Assembly: GCF_030435755.1 (NCBI RefSeq)
Contig: NC_080837.1
Coordinates: 45,139,563-45,203,562, forward strand
Direction: 5' to 3'
Source of the DNA: Ochotona princeps
Taxonomy: Eukaryota
Length of the DNA: 64,000 bases
Shown: one piece after another, positions 1 through 13,743 of the stretch
How the letters are laid out: each line of letters starts with the position of its first letter
How positions within the stretch are numbered: the stretch's first letter is position 1
The notes under the pieces: model-generated
What the model was told of the DNA's origin: nothing
What the model saw: only the letters and a program-made list of their open reading frames with translations
Databases searched by the model: none
Program-made: the position numbers and the translations under genes

Positions 1-400
1 CTGCCAAACATCGAGATCTCTGAAAACACCTCTGAAAGCAAGTCAGTTTGAGATACTCAGTTCTTACTTGTGGAATATTCTTGCCTAAAATGTTGTCTAG
101 TCTTTTAGATCTAAAATCAAGTTTATAGAAAATTGAGAGTGTAAAGGGATAAGTTAAAGTCATGAAGAAAAAAATCATACAGGCTAGGAAATGGAGCATT
201 CTACAGGATAACTAATTTGCTTCTTGTGGAAATCACTTTATAAAAAATGAGGAGAGAGTATTATATTGGATTAGAAGAAACTGAACCCTATAGCACGGTC
301 CTTGACTGGTTCCTGAATTAAACAAAGTAGCTCTGACAATTTTGGGACCAGTGGAAAAACATAAATGTGTATAGATGATATAAAGGAATTCTTAATTTAG

Positions 401-705
401 GGGCTGGTGTTGTTGCAAGCAGTTAAAGCTATCACCTGCAGGGCCAGTATCCTACATGGGTGTCAGTTCAAGTCCTGGCTACTCCACTTCTGATCCAGCT
501 CCCTGCTAATGCAGCAGAAGATGGCTCGAGTATGTAGGCTCCTGCCACCCACATGGGAGACCCAGACGAAGCTCCTGGGTCCTAGATTTGGCTTGGCCTA
601 GCCCTGGCTGATGCGTCCATCAGAAGAATGAACCAGCAGATGAAAGATCCTTCTCTCTCTCTCTCTCTCTCTCTCTGAGTCTCTCCCTCTTTTTTTTTGT
701 AACTT
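401..705 (+). mobile_element. C-repeat-like tRNA-derived SINE with an internal (CT)n at 655-682
   Basis: The copy has the SINE head, core and tail architecture described in the summary. Confidence 0.7.
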
Positions 706-809
706 TGACTTTCAAAATAATATTAGCCCTTTTAAAAAGGAACTATTAATGCTCTTTGACATAATAAAGGTATTGAGAACATGTAGTCTTTTAAAGAGAC
801 ACACACAAT

Positions 810-1125
810 ATGAAGGCACTTCACCAAGTCCGCTGAAGGAAGATAGTGTTGCAGTGCAGCTGGTAAATCCACTGCCAGGGATGCCTACGTTCCATTTCAG
901 AGAGCCTGGGATCAAGTTTCACCTTTGCTTCCGATTCAGCTTCCTGCTAATGCACAAGCTGGCTTGAGCAGTTGATGGTTTATGTACTTGAGTTCCTGCC
1001 AGCCGTGTGGGGGACCCGGATCGAGTTCATAGTCCTGGGTTCAGCCTGAGCCAGGTTCTGCTGTTGAAGTTATTTGGGGAGCAAACCAGCATTGGAAGAC
1101 TGAATTTTCTCTTTCACTCTACCAT
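810..1125 (+). mobile_element. SINE (divergent copy)
   Basis: The copy resembles the SINE consensus. Confidence 0.6.
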
Positions 1126-1364
1126 TGAAATGCACAAAAAGTAATAAGTAAACTTTAAGATCTATGGACTAGTGTCTTAAAAATATTTTATAGAAAACTG
1201 AATTTGAAGTATGAGTTTATTTTGGTGCAAAAAAATCTTAAAATAAATGCATACGTTTTTCATGCATTATGAAAAAAATTACATCAAAATGAACTCATAC
1301 TTTCCATTTTTTCTGAACTTCTTGAAGTACTGTCATATTTATGAGTGAAATTTCACAATGTTTT

Positions 1365-1706
1365 TTTTCTTTTTTTTTAAAGATTTATTCATTTTATTAC
1401 AGTCAGATATACACAGAGGAGGAGGAGAGACAGAGAGAAAGATCTTCCATCCGATGATCACACTCCCCAAGTGAGCCGCAACGGGCCGATGCGCGCCGAT
1501 CCGATGCCGGGAACCAGGAACCTCTTCCGGGCCTCCCACGCGGGTACAGTGTCCCAATGCATTGGGCCATCCTCAACTGCTTTCCCAGGCCACAAGCAGG
1601 GAGCTGGATGGGAAGTGGAGCTGCCGGGATTAGAACCGGCACCCATATGGGATCCCGGGGCTTCCAAAGCGAGGACTTTAGCTGCTAGGCCACGCCGCCG
1701 GGGCCG
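1365..1706 (-). mobile_element. SINE in reverse orientation with a 16-bp target-site duplication (gaaatttcacaatgtt)
   Basis: The TSD flanks both ends, and the element starts with a poly-T and gatttattcatttt. Confidence 0.85.
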
Positions 1707-1724
1707 AAATTTCACAATGTTAAG

Positions 1725-2052
1725 ATTGGTTTATTTATTTTTATTGAAAAGTCAGATTTATAGACAGAAGGAGCGACAGAGAAAAAGATCTTCCATCTGC
1801 TGGTTCACTCCCCAAGTGGTCACAATAGCCGGAGCTGAGCCAATTCAAAGCCAGGAGCCAGAAGCTTCTTCTGGGTCTTCCACAGGGGTGCAGGGTCCCA
1901 AGGCTTTGGGCCGTCCTCGACTGACTTTCCAGGCCACAAAGAGGGAGTTGGAAAGGAAGTGGAGCAGCCAAGAGACAAACCAGTGCCCATATGGGATCCT
2001 GGCACTTGCAAGGCGAGGATTTTAGCCATCAGGCTATCAATGCTAGGCACCA
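1725..2052 (-). mobile_element. SINE in reverse orientation
   Basis: The copy resembles the SINE consensus. Confidence 0.75.
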
Positions 2053-2179
2053 TAATTTTAAAAGAAGCAAAATAATAATAATGCAAATAAACATAATAAA
2101 ATATGTAAATATTAATAGTTCCTTTTTAATAATGTAAATTCAGCTGATGGATGTTTCAGTGTTCATCTTTGTATTCTCC

Positions 2180-2310
2180 TCCACTGCCCTGCAAATCTTC
2201 AGCAGGAACTGGATTGGAAGTGGAGCCATGAGGATTCGAACCAGTGCCCACACGAAATCCTGGCACTACAGCTGGAGGCTTGCCTTGATATGCCACAGCA
2301 CCAGCCCCAT
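2180..2310 (-). mobile_element. SINE fragment
   Basis: The fragment resembles part of the SINE consensus. Confidence 0.5.
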
Positions 2311-3302
2311 GTTTGGTTTCTCTTTGCTATGTATGTGAAAGACTGCTAGAATTTCTCTTAGCAGAGGGCCCCAACTCCCAGTGAAACTTCATGAGACGTG
2401 AACATGAGGCATGGTCACCTCTCTCACAGGGCAGATGTTGCTGAAATGCTGCACTGCCTTTCAAACAGTATTGACCTGATGTTTCCCTAGCAGCAAGCAT
2501 CAGCAACAGGTTCCAAACATACATTGTCTGAGGGAATTGACATTCCTTGAAACAAGTTAAGCCCGCTTAATTTCCATATCACCACTCCAGCTGGAGCTCA
2601 GAGTGTACTGTGACAGGCTGACAACCACTGCATTCACCTCTCTCCACTTGCCCTGGGGTTTTCAGGGACATACTCCCAAAGACTCAGTTGGAAACTTTGA
2701 GAAAAATAAAAGCACTGATATAAATATGGCTGAATTTCAAACCCTAATGAGAATTTTATAATCATCCAATTGAACTTTCCCTTCTACCTAGTACTATTGG
2801 AAACAATAATAACAACTTCAGGGATTATTGCCCTTCTAGAAAGTTCTAGAACTGGTTCTCAGTCCCTTCCTCTAATGGTTTTTGACATACTTTGGAATCT
2901 GGTTTCTTTCTTGGTAAAGCATTAACATCTGAACTAGGTAAACTCTAAACTAATCCCGTGTACATTTAAACTTTCATGTGACCACATTCTGACTCCATTC
3001 TCCAGATCCTGTGTGTCCTGAGGCAGATTAGGCCTCAGAGAAGCCAACTGGCCTGGAAGCTATGGATTTGTATCCTGGTTCTCAAAGTGTACTGTTCCTT
3101 GTCTGAATCTAAGCAGCACTAGCTTTCAGTGATTATTAGAAGAGATGCCACGTGTAGAAACTCCTCGTGCTCAGCACCTCACTAAATGCTAGTGAAATAG
3201 TTATTTGACTTTACTTGGCTTTTTGGTCCTGAGCCAAATTATATTCAGTGTCAGGGCCTGGTAGCCTTAGGATGGTGGTGAAATGGCACCAGATCTCTCT
3301 AC

Positions 3303-3495
3303 CTTGCTGCAGGACCCACAGATGTTCTGTGGAGGCCGGCACACTTAGGTGGAAGGAAGCAATGGCACTTTGCAGCACCATCTTCTGGCTTATCCTGTGT
3401 CCCAAGTAGAAGATGCCAAGCAGGGCCATTGGTTAATCCCTGTTGGAGTCCATCACTTTCTGCTTGTTCAGCCAGCTGGCTGAAATCCCTCATTG
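3303..3495 (-). CDS. Candidate second coding exon of the kelch-like gene
   Basis: A polypyrimidine tract and cacag acceptor near 3496 and an AAG|gtagag donor near 3302 keep the reading frame of the upstream BTB exon (..LQ-A-MRDFSQLAEQAE..). No domain was recognised. Confidence 0.25.
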
Positions 3496-3726
3496 CTGTG
3501 CACGAGGAAAGCCATACCACAAATCCATCATTGCAGCAGGAAAACAACTAAACTGCGCATGCCCAGCTCCCCGTTGGCGTCAAGAGGCCCCAAAAGTCAC
3601 CTGAGGGTAATTTTGATGCCTCAAGGCTCAAAACCATTGCTGCAGTGAGTGGATGGAACACCTGTTGCTTGCACACAGCTTCCTAGCCTAGGTATCGGTA
3701 GAAAAGCGATGATCCTGTGCCCTCAC

Positions 3727-4384
3727 CTTGCAGCCGGCAGCCGTCCGCCTCCAGCTCCAGGTCACACCCGATGCCCTCTTGGTATAGGAGCTCGATGCTG
3801 CGCAGGTTCGCCCACAGCTCCTCTGCCTGGCCTGGTTTCTCTCCGTCTTCCGAGGCCCCGTCGCATCTCTGCTGGGCGGCGACCTTCACCCGGGGCGCTC
3901 CCAGGGCATCCGCCACCACCTCTATCTCCCCATGAGGGATGGGGCCCAGCACCCCTTCGTAGGCAAAGGTTAGCACGGTCTCCCAGCCCCTGGGGGTCAC
4001 AGCGAGGCTGACAGGGGGCCGAGGGTTTCCACCGCCCTCCCGCAGCCTCTCTCGAAAGAGGCTACTCACTGCAGCCAAAATTACCCGGTGCACCCCGTAG
4101 ACCCGCCCGCCGACCGACACCTCCTCGTCCAGCAACAGCCTCTGCTCCCGCAGCCGCCGCGCCTCGGCGAAAAACTGGCTCGGATGCTCCTCGCTGCGAA
4201 TCTCTTCGGGCCACAGCCCGCCTTCATCGTCCACATCCTCTTGCTCTTCTTCCTCCAGTGGCAAAGCTGCAGAGGGATTTCCTGGGACCCGGGACTGGGG
4301 GCCAGGCTCCTCCAGAGGAAAGCAAGGCAAACTGCGATCCTCATCTGGGGATGGAGGCCAGGACGGGGTTCTCCGGGCCGGCAT
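3727..4384 (-). CDS. KLHL33: Kelch-like protein, first coding exon (BTB/POZ domain); by synteny KLHL33
   Basis: The minus ORF 3683..4384 contains a BTB-like segment (EEVSVGGRVYGVHRVILAAVSSLFRERL, VLTFAYEGVL, VVADALGAPRVKVAAQQRC). A GTGAGG donor follows CRLQ+G near 3727. The exon is GC-rich, and its position upstream of OSGEP on the same strand matches human 14q11.2. Confidence 0.5.
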
Positions 4385-5451
4385 AGCGAGTCCGAGGGAG
4401 GCTGTGCTGTGTCCCAGATGCTCATGGCCCGGGTCTGCAGGGTGGCTGCAGGTGAGCAGAGTGCCAGAGTTGGACCCTGAGGAACCATATCCCCAGCCCT
4501 TCTAAATGCCAGTCCTTCCTCCTCCAATGCCCCACTGCCACCTCAAGGTAACATGCTAAAGCTGGAGTAGCATTTACTCCATGCACTTAAGTGCCAGGGC
4601 TCATGCACTGTAGCCAAGCATGTGAAACATGCAGTACCCAGGCCCCAGACCCTCCCATTCTTATCTTTTTAATCACCTTCAGTAGACACCAGCCTTTTGC
4701 TTGCCCTCTCACTTGCATGCCCTCTGCTTGGGAACTCACTCCGACTCCAGTCAGTGACCCTCTCCTGCTAATTATAGTTGGTGCTGGCAGGACACAGGCG
4801 CTGGGCACCCAGCACCTTAACTCTGACACCCTATCTCCTGGGCTCCATCCCAGAATGACTGCCCCCAACCCCGTTCCACCTGTAGGTCAGACATGGGTGC
4901 TGAGTGAGGCGAATTTGGAAACCGAAAAGGTTATGGGGCATGAGTGGAGTAAGCCAGCCAGAGGGCCTGGGTGCAGAAGAGTAGGTTAGAGTGGCAAGGT
5001 GATGGAATTGGTGGACTCTGCACTTTGCAGACCAGTGGAAAGCTGGGCAAGCTAAGAGAAGCATACGCTTTGGTCAGACTTGGATTTCAGCTGTTGATTT
5101 CTATGCATGATAGACCTGGGACCCTAGAACACACAATACTGACATGGAGTACAAATGTAACTAGGCCCTGTCCATGGAGGATAAACAAGGAGGGGAAGTG
5201 AAAGGGCCAAGGGCAGGAGCAGGTTGAAAGACCTTGGTGACACCTTCACGAAGTTTCTCCGTCCAGAGCTGAGATCCTGAAGCCCAGACCTGTTTTCAAA
5301 GGAGTCAAGACTCTCACTGGGCCACGAGGATAAGGACCCACATTGGAACAGATGGCTAAACTCCATTGCTTCGAGATCACAGTCCCAGACAAGAGAGGCT
5401 GAGGTGCACAGGCACATTCACTGAGCTGGCAAAAAACACACTCTGGGGTCT

Positions 5452-5802
5452 GGAGGTGTGGCCTAGCAGCTAAAGTCCTCGCCTTGAACGTCCCAGGATC
5501 CCATATGGGCACCGGTTCTAATCCCGCTGCTCCACTTCCCATCCAGCTCCCTGCTTGTGGCCTGGGAAAGCAGTCGAGGACGGCCCAATGCTTTGGGACC
5601 TTGCACCCATGTGGGAGACCTGGAAGAGGTTCCTGGTTCCTGGCTTCGGATTGGCGCAGCACCGGCCTGTTGCGGCTCACTTGGGGAGTGAATCATCGGA
5701 TGGAAGATCTTCCTCTCTGTCTCTCTTCCCTCCTCTCTGTATATCCGGCTTTCTAATAATAATAAATAAATCTTTAAAAAAAAAAAAAAAAACCACGCTC
5801 TG
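5452..5802 (+). mobile_element. SINE (near-consensus, long A tail)
   Basis: The copy has the ggcctagcagctaaagtcc head and the ataaataaatctttaaaaa tail. Confidence 0.85.
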
Positions 5803-6067
5803 TGCAGGGCACCTCCCATCTCATGTTATCACTGGGGCGTGCCTGAAGCTGTAAAATCTGGCAAAAGCTTTGAATCAATCAACTCTGGGTCAGTCTCCTC
5901 GGGAAGCATTTGGGGAGGAGGGCAGCAAGCCATGCCCTCCCCTGCCCTCTCTGGGGAGACAAGGCAGCCAGGTATTGCTAGAGGCAGACTCCTTTGGCCT
6001 ATAAAAAAAGGGTATTCCAGGCCGGACAAGCCGAACAGACAAGAATGGAGACATGACTGTTACGATT

Positions 6068-6400
6068 TTTCTAAAAGATTTATTCATTTTTATTGGAAAA
6101 TCAAATACACAGAGGAGGAGAAACAGAGAATTAGATCTTCTGTCTATTGATTCACTCCCCAAGCTGCTGCAACAGTCAGAGTTGAGTTGATCCAAAGCTA
6201 GGAGCCTGGTGCTTCTTCCGGGTCTCTCACATGTGGGTGCAGGGTCCCAAGGCTTTGGGCCGTTCTCAACTGCTTTTCTGGGCCATAAGCGCAGGGAGTT
6301 GGATGCGTAGCAGATAGCCGGGATTAAAACCAGAGCCAATATGGGATCCCAGCACGTGCAAGGTGAGGACTTTAGCCTCAAGGCTGCTGCGCCAGGTCCA
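6068..6400 (-). mobile_element. SINE in reverse orientation
   Basis: The copy resembles the SINE consensus. Confidence 0.75.
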
Positions 6401-6494
6401 ACTGTTGATTTTCATGAAAGGAAATCCATAGGCATGAGAGGAAATCCCACCTAAGGGGGCAGAAAGCTGGGTTAACCAACCTAGTATGTGCCAA

Positions 6495-6830
6495 GGGGCT
6501 GGTACAATGGCTCAATTGGCTAATCCTCTACCTGAAAGCACTGGCACCCCATTTGGGTACTGGTTCATACCCTGCCTGCTCCACTTTCCATCCAGCTCCC
6601 TGCTCATGGCCTGAGAAAGCAGCAGAGCATGGCCCAAAGGCTTAAGACCCTGCATCCACGTGGGACACCCAGAAACAGCTCAAGGCTCCTGGACCCTAGC
6701 TTCAGATCAACTCCACTCTTGCCACTGTGGCCGTCTAGGGGAGTGAACCAGCAGATGGAAGATCTTTCGTCTCTCCTTCCCTATGTTAAATCTGCTTTTC
6801 CAATAAATATAAATTAATAATAATTTTAAA
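6495..6830 (+). mobile_element. SINE
   Basis: The copy resembles the SINE consensus. Confidence 0.7.
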
Positions 6831-7249
6831 AAGCCAACTACTCCTTCTGGCTTCTGGAGCTATCTCCATTTCCCCACCTGTGGCCTTGGGTAACCTAACC
6901 AACTGAGTCATGTCCCCAAGGCCCCAAGGGCAGCACTCCCTGCAGTGACTTTGCTAACAAGCGGGAACATGGTGGTCATCCTCTGCCTCCTCTGGTGCTC
7001 TCACAGCCTCCCTCTGCTGCAGGACGCTGTGGTCAGAACCTCCAGTCGCCAGCATGAAGTGAAGAAACTGTAATCTGGCAGAGATGTACATTGGGCTAGC
7101 CTTTGCCCACCACCTGCCTACAAGGACAATGACACGGGTCCTACTACGAGTTCTATGCCAATGTTATGGTCCTGGGTAGGCATCACCAAACTCTGGAGGC
7201 TCTGTGGGGCTCCACCATGGTGACAGTCATGCCAGAAAAAAATATTTTT

Positions 7250-7573
7250 TTCTAAATATTTATTTTTTATTAGAAAGGTAGGTCAGATTTCCAGAAAGGA
7301 GGAGAGGCATACAGATCTTCCATCCACTGGCTCCCTCCCCAAATGGCTGTAACAGCTGGAGCTGAGCCCATCTGAAAGCAGGAGCCAGGGGCCACATCCT
7401 TCACCTGCAGGCACAGGGTCCGAAGACTTTGGGCCATCCTCCACTGCTTTCTCAGGCCATAAGCAGGGAACTGGATAAGAAGTGGAGCAGCTGGGCCACG
7501 AAGTGGCACCCATGTGAAATCCTCAGGCTTGCAAGGTGAAGATTTAGCCACTAAGCCATCACACTAGGCCCAC
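7250..7573 (-). mobile_element. SINE in reverse orientation
   Basis: The copy resembles the SINE consensus. Confidence 0.7.
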
Positions 7574-8689
7574 CAGAGAATTCCTGAAGGTAGGATGTAA
7601 TCTGGTGCTGCCCTTCCCACGAAGGGCCTCCAGGCACATTATTTATGGTCTAGATCACAGACAGACTGGCTGGGAATGAGTCAAAGCATCTCAGTAACAT
7701 CCATGCCATCTCATCAGGGCCTAGCTCAACTTCCACCTTACTGAGAGGAGCCCCGTGACCAGCCACATTCCTGATGTAATGGAGAACCCCAGGCCCACGC
7801 CCAGCAAGGCCTCAGTGTGCTTCTGCTGGCTCACGGGAGTCACTGTAATGGATCAGAGACCAAGGTTCCCAAAGACAGAATTACCAATATCAACAACAGA
7901 TCAACTGCACCTCTTCCCCTGTGTTCACAGCAAGTTAGTCTGTGATACTGTTGATACAAAGAAAAAAATGGCCGGGGATCTCAGTGGCTTGAAGAGTGAA
8001 CTTCATTCCAGTGTTCTTGAAGGGTGTCTCTGAGACAGGGAACAGCTGGCAGGGGTGGTTCTTTCATCACTACTTGGCTGTGCTCAGCATATGGGACATC
8101 ATCTTCAAGCCTGGCTGGATCACGGCTAGTGTGGACACAGTCATGAGCTTAGCGCTCTCCTGGGAAGTCAGAAGGGAGGTAGAGGGCAGGGCCTAGCAAG
8201 AGTTGCTACTCCCACCCAGGTATGTGACTCATTACCCTACACTGAGCCTCAGGCTACCATCACTGGCTTCTATCTCGGCCAGCTGCCAGGGGTGAAGGCT
8301 GGTGAGCCTGTTGTGACATCCCTATTTTGCAGAGCCCCCAGGCCTGTCAGCAACTGCCAAGGCTACAGACCACCTGTCCTTTTCTCTACTCCCCCAAGGC
8401 AGGTATTTGCTTATTTCACGCATAATCATCGTTGCCTTTGCCAATGCCACAGCCATGGGCTAGGTCCATGGTAGGCTTTGTACAGACCCTCTCAGACATG
8501 CTCTGGGTACTGCCCACCATTCTTTCTGTGTTCATCTCTCCAGCCTGACAATCCTGGATGGTCTAACCTTGCACTTTGACTGCAGACTGGATGAATTACT
8601 TCTAAAAAATCACATGCAGGAATCTAACTAGCCAATACCCTGTGACTCCTGAGTCCTGCCCTTCCAGGAGGAGCGCAGCATCCAAACAT

Positions 8690-8785
8690 GGCTGCAAGCA
8701 GGGAGCTGGATGGGAAGTGGGGCTCTGGGATTAGTACCGGCGCCCACCGGTACATGCAAGGTGAGGACTTTACCCACTAGACAGT
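8690..8785 (-). mobile_element. SINE fragment
   Basis: The fragment resembles part of the SINE consensus. Confidence 0.5.
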
Positions 8786-8992
8786 AATGGGTTTGATATG
8801 AAAACTTTACGTTATAGGAATGCTAAGATATCATCTATGACTTCCCTTCCCAGTTCTGGCTGCTGAGCAGAGCGGTCTCCAAGAGTGCTGTCAGAACCCC
8901 TGGCTCCTTAGCCAGCAACAAGAATTTACCCCACACCAACTCCATGTTCTAAGCAATACAATCTAATTAGCAACATAGAAAACCAAAAATAC

Positions 8993-8998
8993 TTTATT
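8993..8998 (-). terminator. OSGEP: OSGEP polyadenylation signal (AATAAA on the minus strand)
   Basis: TTTATT on the plus strand lies about 175 nt downstream of the OSGEP stop codon. Confidence 0.5.
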
Positions 8999-9168
8999 GC
9001 TGAGTCATCTTGGGATTCCTCAGGGGATGCCAACCTTGCTTACAGTGCACAGCTTCGCCAGGGTGACAGGGAGTCCACAGCTGTGGCCCGGCTCCTATGG
9101 CAGGACAGAGACTAAGACCCAGGGTCTGCAGGCTCCCCTGAGCAAACTCTCAGATCCTGTTCATCTTG

Positions 9169-9208
9169 CTAGTCCCTCCAGGTCACTTCTACTTCATCTG
9201 TCCGATAC
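9169..9208 (-). CDS. OSGEP: OSGEP exon 11 (last; ..YRTDEVEVTWRD stop)
   Basis: The reverse complement reads ccgtag|G TAT CGG ACA GAT GAA GTA GAA GTG ACC TGG AGG GAC TAG, matching the C-terminus of human OSGEP. Confidence 0.85.
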
Positions 9209-9363
9209 CTACGGGAAAATAGGAAGAGTCTGGCAGCAGGGCTAAGCCTCAGAGCTCTGCATTCTTCCCTGCCTCCCCACTGTAAGTACCCTCCCTCCCC
9301 AGCCGACTTTCGCCTGTTTCCCCCAAATATTCCTGTCTATCCCCATAAAGAGTGAACCCCTCA

Positions 9364-9612
<249 letters not shown>

Positions 9613-9765
9613 CTACAAAGAGGCAGGAGGCAGGGTGAGCTTGGTTTCAACTATCTCTCCATGGCCCAGCTGCAAGCTTCATGCACACTTGGGACAATGC
9701 GGTAGAGAGCCAAGGGCAGAAAGCAGCACAGGACAAGTGAAACCAATAATTGTCTCCAAACCTCA

Positions 9766-9975
<210 letters not shown>

Positions 9976-10044
9976 TTAGTTCTGCTCTATTACATAAAAG
10001 CAACCCCAGCCTAAACCTTCTGCACCAGCCTTTTATTCCATTAC

Positions 10045-10110
10045 CTGCAAGGAGAAACACAGATCTTCAGGAGTACATTCCCCTGTGGCCAGCATCCTCT
10101 GGGCTGCATC
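10045..10110 (-). CDS. OSGEP: OSGEP exon 7 ([22 protein letters not shown])
   Basis: The reverse complement has a ttaattgtag|GAT acceptor and a CAG|GTAATG donor. Confidence 0.85.
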
Positions 10111-10414
10111 CTACAATTAAAGGAGAGGGGAAAAAAAGTGATTTGGGGATTACACGAGAGCAAAAGTGCCGAGGGGTCCCCACCTTCAGCGCAATTCGCA
10201 CTACGAGCACATCCTGTACCACACATTGCCCTTCACACATACCACGCCATATGTTGGCAGCATTCAAGAGTCTGTAATATAATAACTTCTTGAACACTTG
10301 CTGTTACCTTACAGAGCTTGTTCAATTTTTCTCATCAGCACTAACACTCATTGATGTGGTATAAATTATTGTTTCCCTTTCATCTCTCTTGTCTGTCTCC
10401 CCCTGCCTTTTTAA

Positions 10415-10712
10415 AGAATCACTTATTTTATTACAAAGCAGATTTCCAGAGATGATGAGACAGAGAGAAATCATCCTTCTGCTGGTTCATTCTCCAAATG
10501 GCCACAACGACCAGAGCTGATCTGATCCGAAGCCAGGAGCCAGGGCTTCTTTAGAGTGGGTGCAGGGTCCCAAAGGTCCTTGACTGCTTTTCCAGGCTAC
10601 AAGCAGGGAGCTGGATGGGAAGCTGAAAAACGGGACACAAACTGGCACCCATATATGATCCCAGCGCTTACAAGGGGGAGGATTAGCCAATTGATCCATC
10701 ATGCCAGGCCCT
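10415..10712 (-). mobile_element. SINE in reverse orientation, in OSGEP intron 6
   Basis: The copy resembles the SINE consensus. Confidence 0.7.
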
Positions 10713-10939
10713 GTCTATCTCCCTCTTTAGAAAAAAAATCTAAGGTCCCCACAAACAGGAATTTTTGTTTTGCTCCCTGCTGTATCCCTACTTTGTAGAA
10801 TAGTCTGGCACAGGGAAGATGTTCAGTAAAAAAAATATTAGGAATTTATTCAGCATCTAAAATAGGCCAGGACAAGGGTATATGCAAGAAATAAAACAGA
10901 AAGTAAAACAGACATGATTCATTAAAAAATCAAGAAAGT

Positions 10940-11265
10940 GGGCCTGAAGTGGTAACCTAAGTGGCTAAAGTTCTCGCCTTGCACGCGCCAGGATCCCATA
11001 TGGGCACCAGTCCTAATCTGGCGGCCCTGCTTCCCATCCAGCTCCCTGCGCTTATGGCCTGGGAAAGCAGCTGAGAACTTCCAAAAGCCTTGGGACTCTG
11101 CACCCATGTGGGAGACCTGGAGGAAGAGTTCCTGGCTCCTGGCTTGGAATTGGCTCAGCTCTGGCTGTTGCAGCCACTTGGAGAGTCAATCAGCAGACAG
11201 AAGATCTTCCTCTCTGTCTTTCCTCCTATCTGTATATCTGACTTTTCAATAAAAAAATAAACAAA
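10940..11265 (+). mobile_element. SINE with TSD (aaaaatcaagaaagtg), in an OSGEP intron
   Basis: The TSD is seen at both flanks. Confidence 0.85.
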
Positions 11266-11274
11266 TCTTTTTTA

Positions 11275-11430
<156 letters not shown>

Positions 11431-11515
11431 TCAGCTGGTGCTCACCCTGCAAAGCCTTTCCAGAGAACTCGCACAAGCGCCGGCAGCCAGCCTCCTTCCA
11501 CTCAGTCCCCCCTAC

Positions 11516-11565
11516 CTCTTGGCCATCTGTTCGATGTTGTAGCCAGGACTTGGGTCATTGGAAAT
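11516..11565 (-). CDS. OSGEP: OSGEP exon 5 (ISNDPSPGYNIEQMAK)
   Basis: The reverse complement has a ctggtag|ATT acceptor and an AAG AG|GTAGGG donor. Confidence 0.85.
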
Positions 11566-11671
11566 CTACCAGAGGCAAAAAGGAAAACAGTAACCAGAAG
11601 AGGATAAATTCAGCAGTGCAGGAAGCAAAGTTTACCTCCCACCTCCACTTTGAAGGCGCCCCCAGATTTCA

Positions 11672-11803
<132 letters not shown>

Positions 11804-13020
11804 CTAAAGGTGACGAGGATGTCCATGAAACCCCAGGTCTGTAAAGAGGAGTGCTTGGCTTTGGGGAAGAATGTAGCCAAGGATCAACATGGCCGTTGGA
11901 GATTCAAATGAGACATGCAACTAAAGTGCTTCCCCAAATCCTGATTGGTTGACTTTTTAAACAGTTCTTCTCTAAGAAACCTATACCCCTGCAAAATTTT
12001 GAGTAGATTCCTAATCTCCAGAAGACAGATTGGTCAGAGCAAAGGCAAACTATAATTTCAGATCTATTTCTCCAGTTTACAGGTTCAATATATTCCTTAG
12101 AAGCAGCCCTGACAGCACAGGTTAGGAGCAGACTACCTCACTTGCAAGCAGGCAGTAAGAATCAGTCTAGATTCTCCTTCCGTGGCAGTGGTGTTTGAAA
12201 AGTAGTTCTGATGAACTTTAGAACTTCAGATGGGGGCCAGACTAACGGCCCACCCAACCCAGCAAAAGCCATCTCCATAGGCCAATCTGTCACATGTTCA
12301 ACTTTCAGCAAATACCTGTATCACCTGTGGACTCACAAAGGGCTTCTACGGACCAGAGAAAGTTCCCCTCTGCTATCAGGGATGGCTCCCTTTTCCATAC
12401 TTCTCTGCTGTCAAAAAGCTTTCTCTCTATTATTTATTCCTTTCACACCCAATCATTGCCCCCTCTTTTTACACCTAGGCAAAAGGGAACAGGAAGAGGA
12501 AACCTTATCACTTCTCTTCATGAACTCCAACAGTATCTACTGCTACTTTCCACCACCCAAGTCCCTAACCTTACATGTTGTCCTCCAAGCCTCAAATGCC
12601 CTCTCTATTCACGAAAGTTCCCACGCTGTCATCACAGGAATATGCACCTTACAGTTAACCATTACACAAAACAAAGACTTAGAATACAACCCTTTTATAA
12701 GCTGGGGGCAACACTGAGCTATTTCTAATAATAATTCTACGTGGTGTTCTGAGGGAAAGAAACCCAATCCCAACTTTAAAATGCTATGCGACTATCCCAA
12801 GCAATGTTAGTTTTACTTATACATTTAAAGTCTTTTGTACCATTTATAATGTTGCTTCTTTCTTATATTTTTATATTCCTAGAATAACAAAGTTCATGTT
12901 TCCCTTTATAGCAACACAGAATGTCTAATTATCCTACAAAAAAATCCTGCTAGTTCCCCTGAGTTTTAACTGCTAAAATTTACAGAAAAAAATAAAATGC
13001 TTCAAAATAACAAAAGCTTA

Positions 13021-13521
<501 letters not shown>

Positions 13522-13623
13522 CTAACTGAGGAAGGGCTCACGCGGTAATGGAGGCAAGGCACAGGCTACGCTGACCCAGCCAGGACCCTCTGCCTCCATC
13601 CCCACCTCCTCTCCTAGCCATAC

Positions 13624-13743
13624 CCTTGGTGAAGGCAATGCAGTCAACATCCTGAGAGGCTAGCCCAGCCTCTGTCAGGGCTTCCTCCAGCAGATCTAGG
13701 ATAACAGCTCGGTGGTGCCGGGCAGTATCACCAGGAAGGAATC
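13624..13743 (-). CDS. OSGEP: OSGEP exon 2 ([39 protein letters not shown])
   Basis: The reverse complement has a ttttctag|GA acceptor and an AAG G|GTATGG donor, and the phase joins exons 1 and 3. Confidence 0.85.

Noticed and set aside
1471-2025. 184-aa ORF, and many 60-140 aa ORFs containing motifs such as PAPCLWPGKAVEDGP and GSHMGTGSNP
   Set aside because: These ORFs lie entirely within SINE copies. The recurring peptides are translations of the SINE consensus in various frames.
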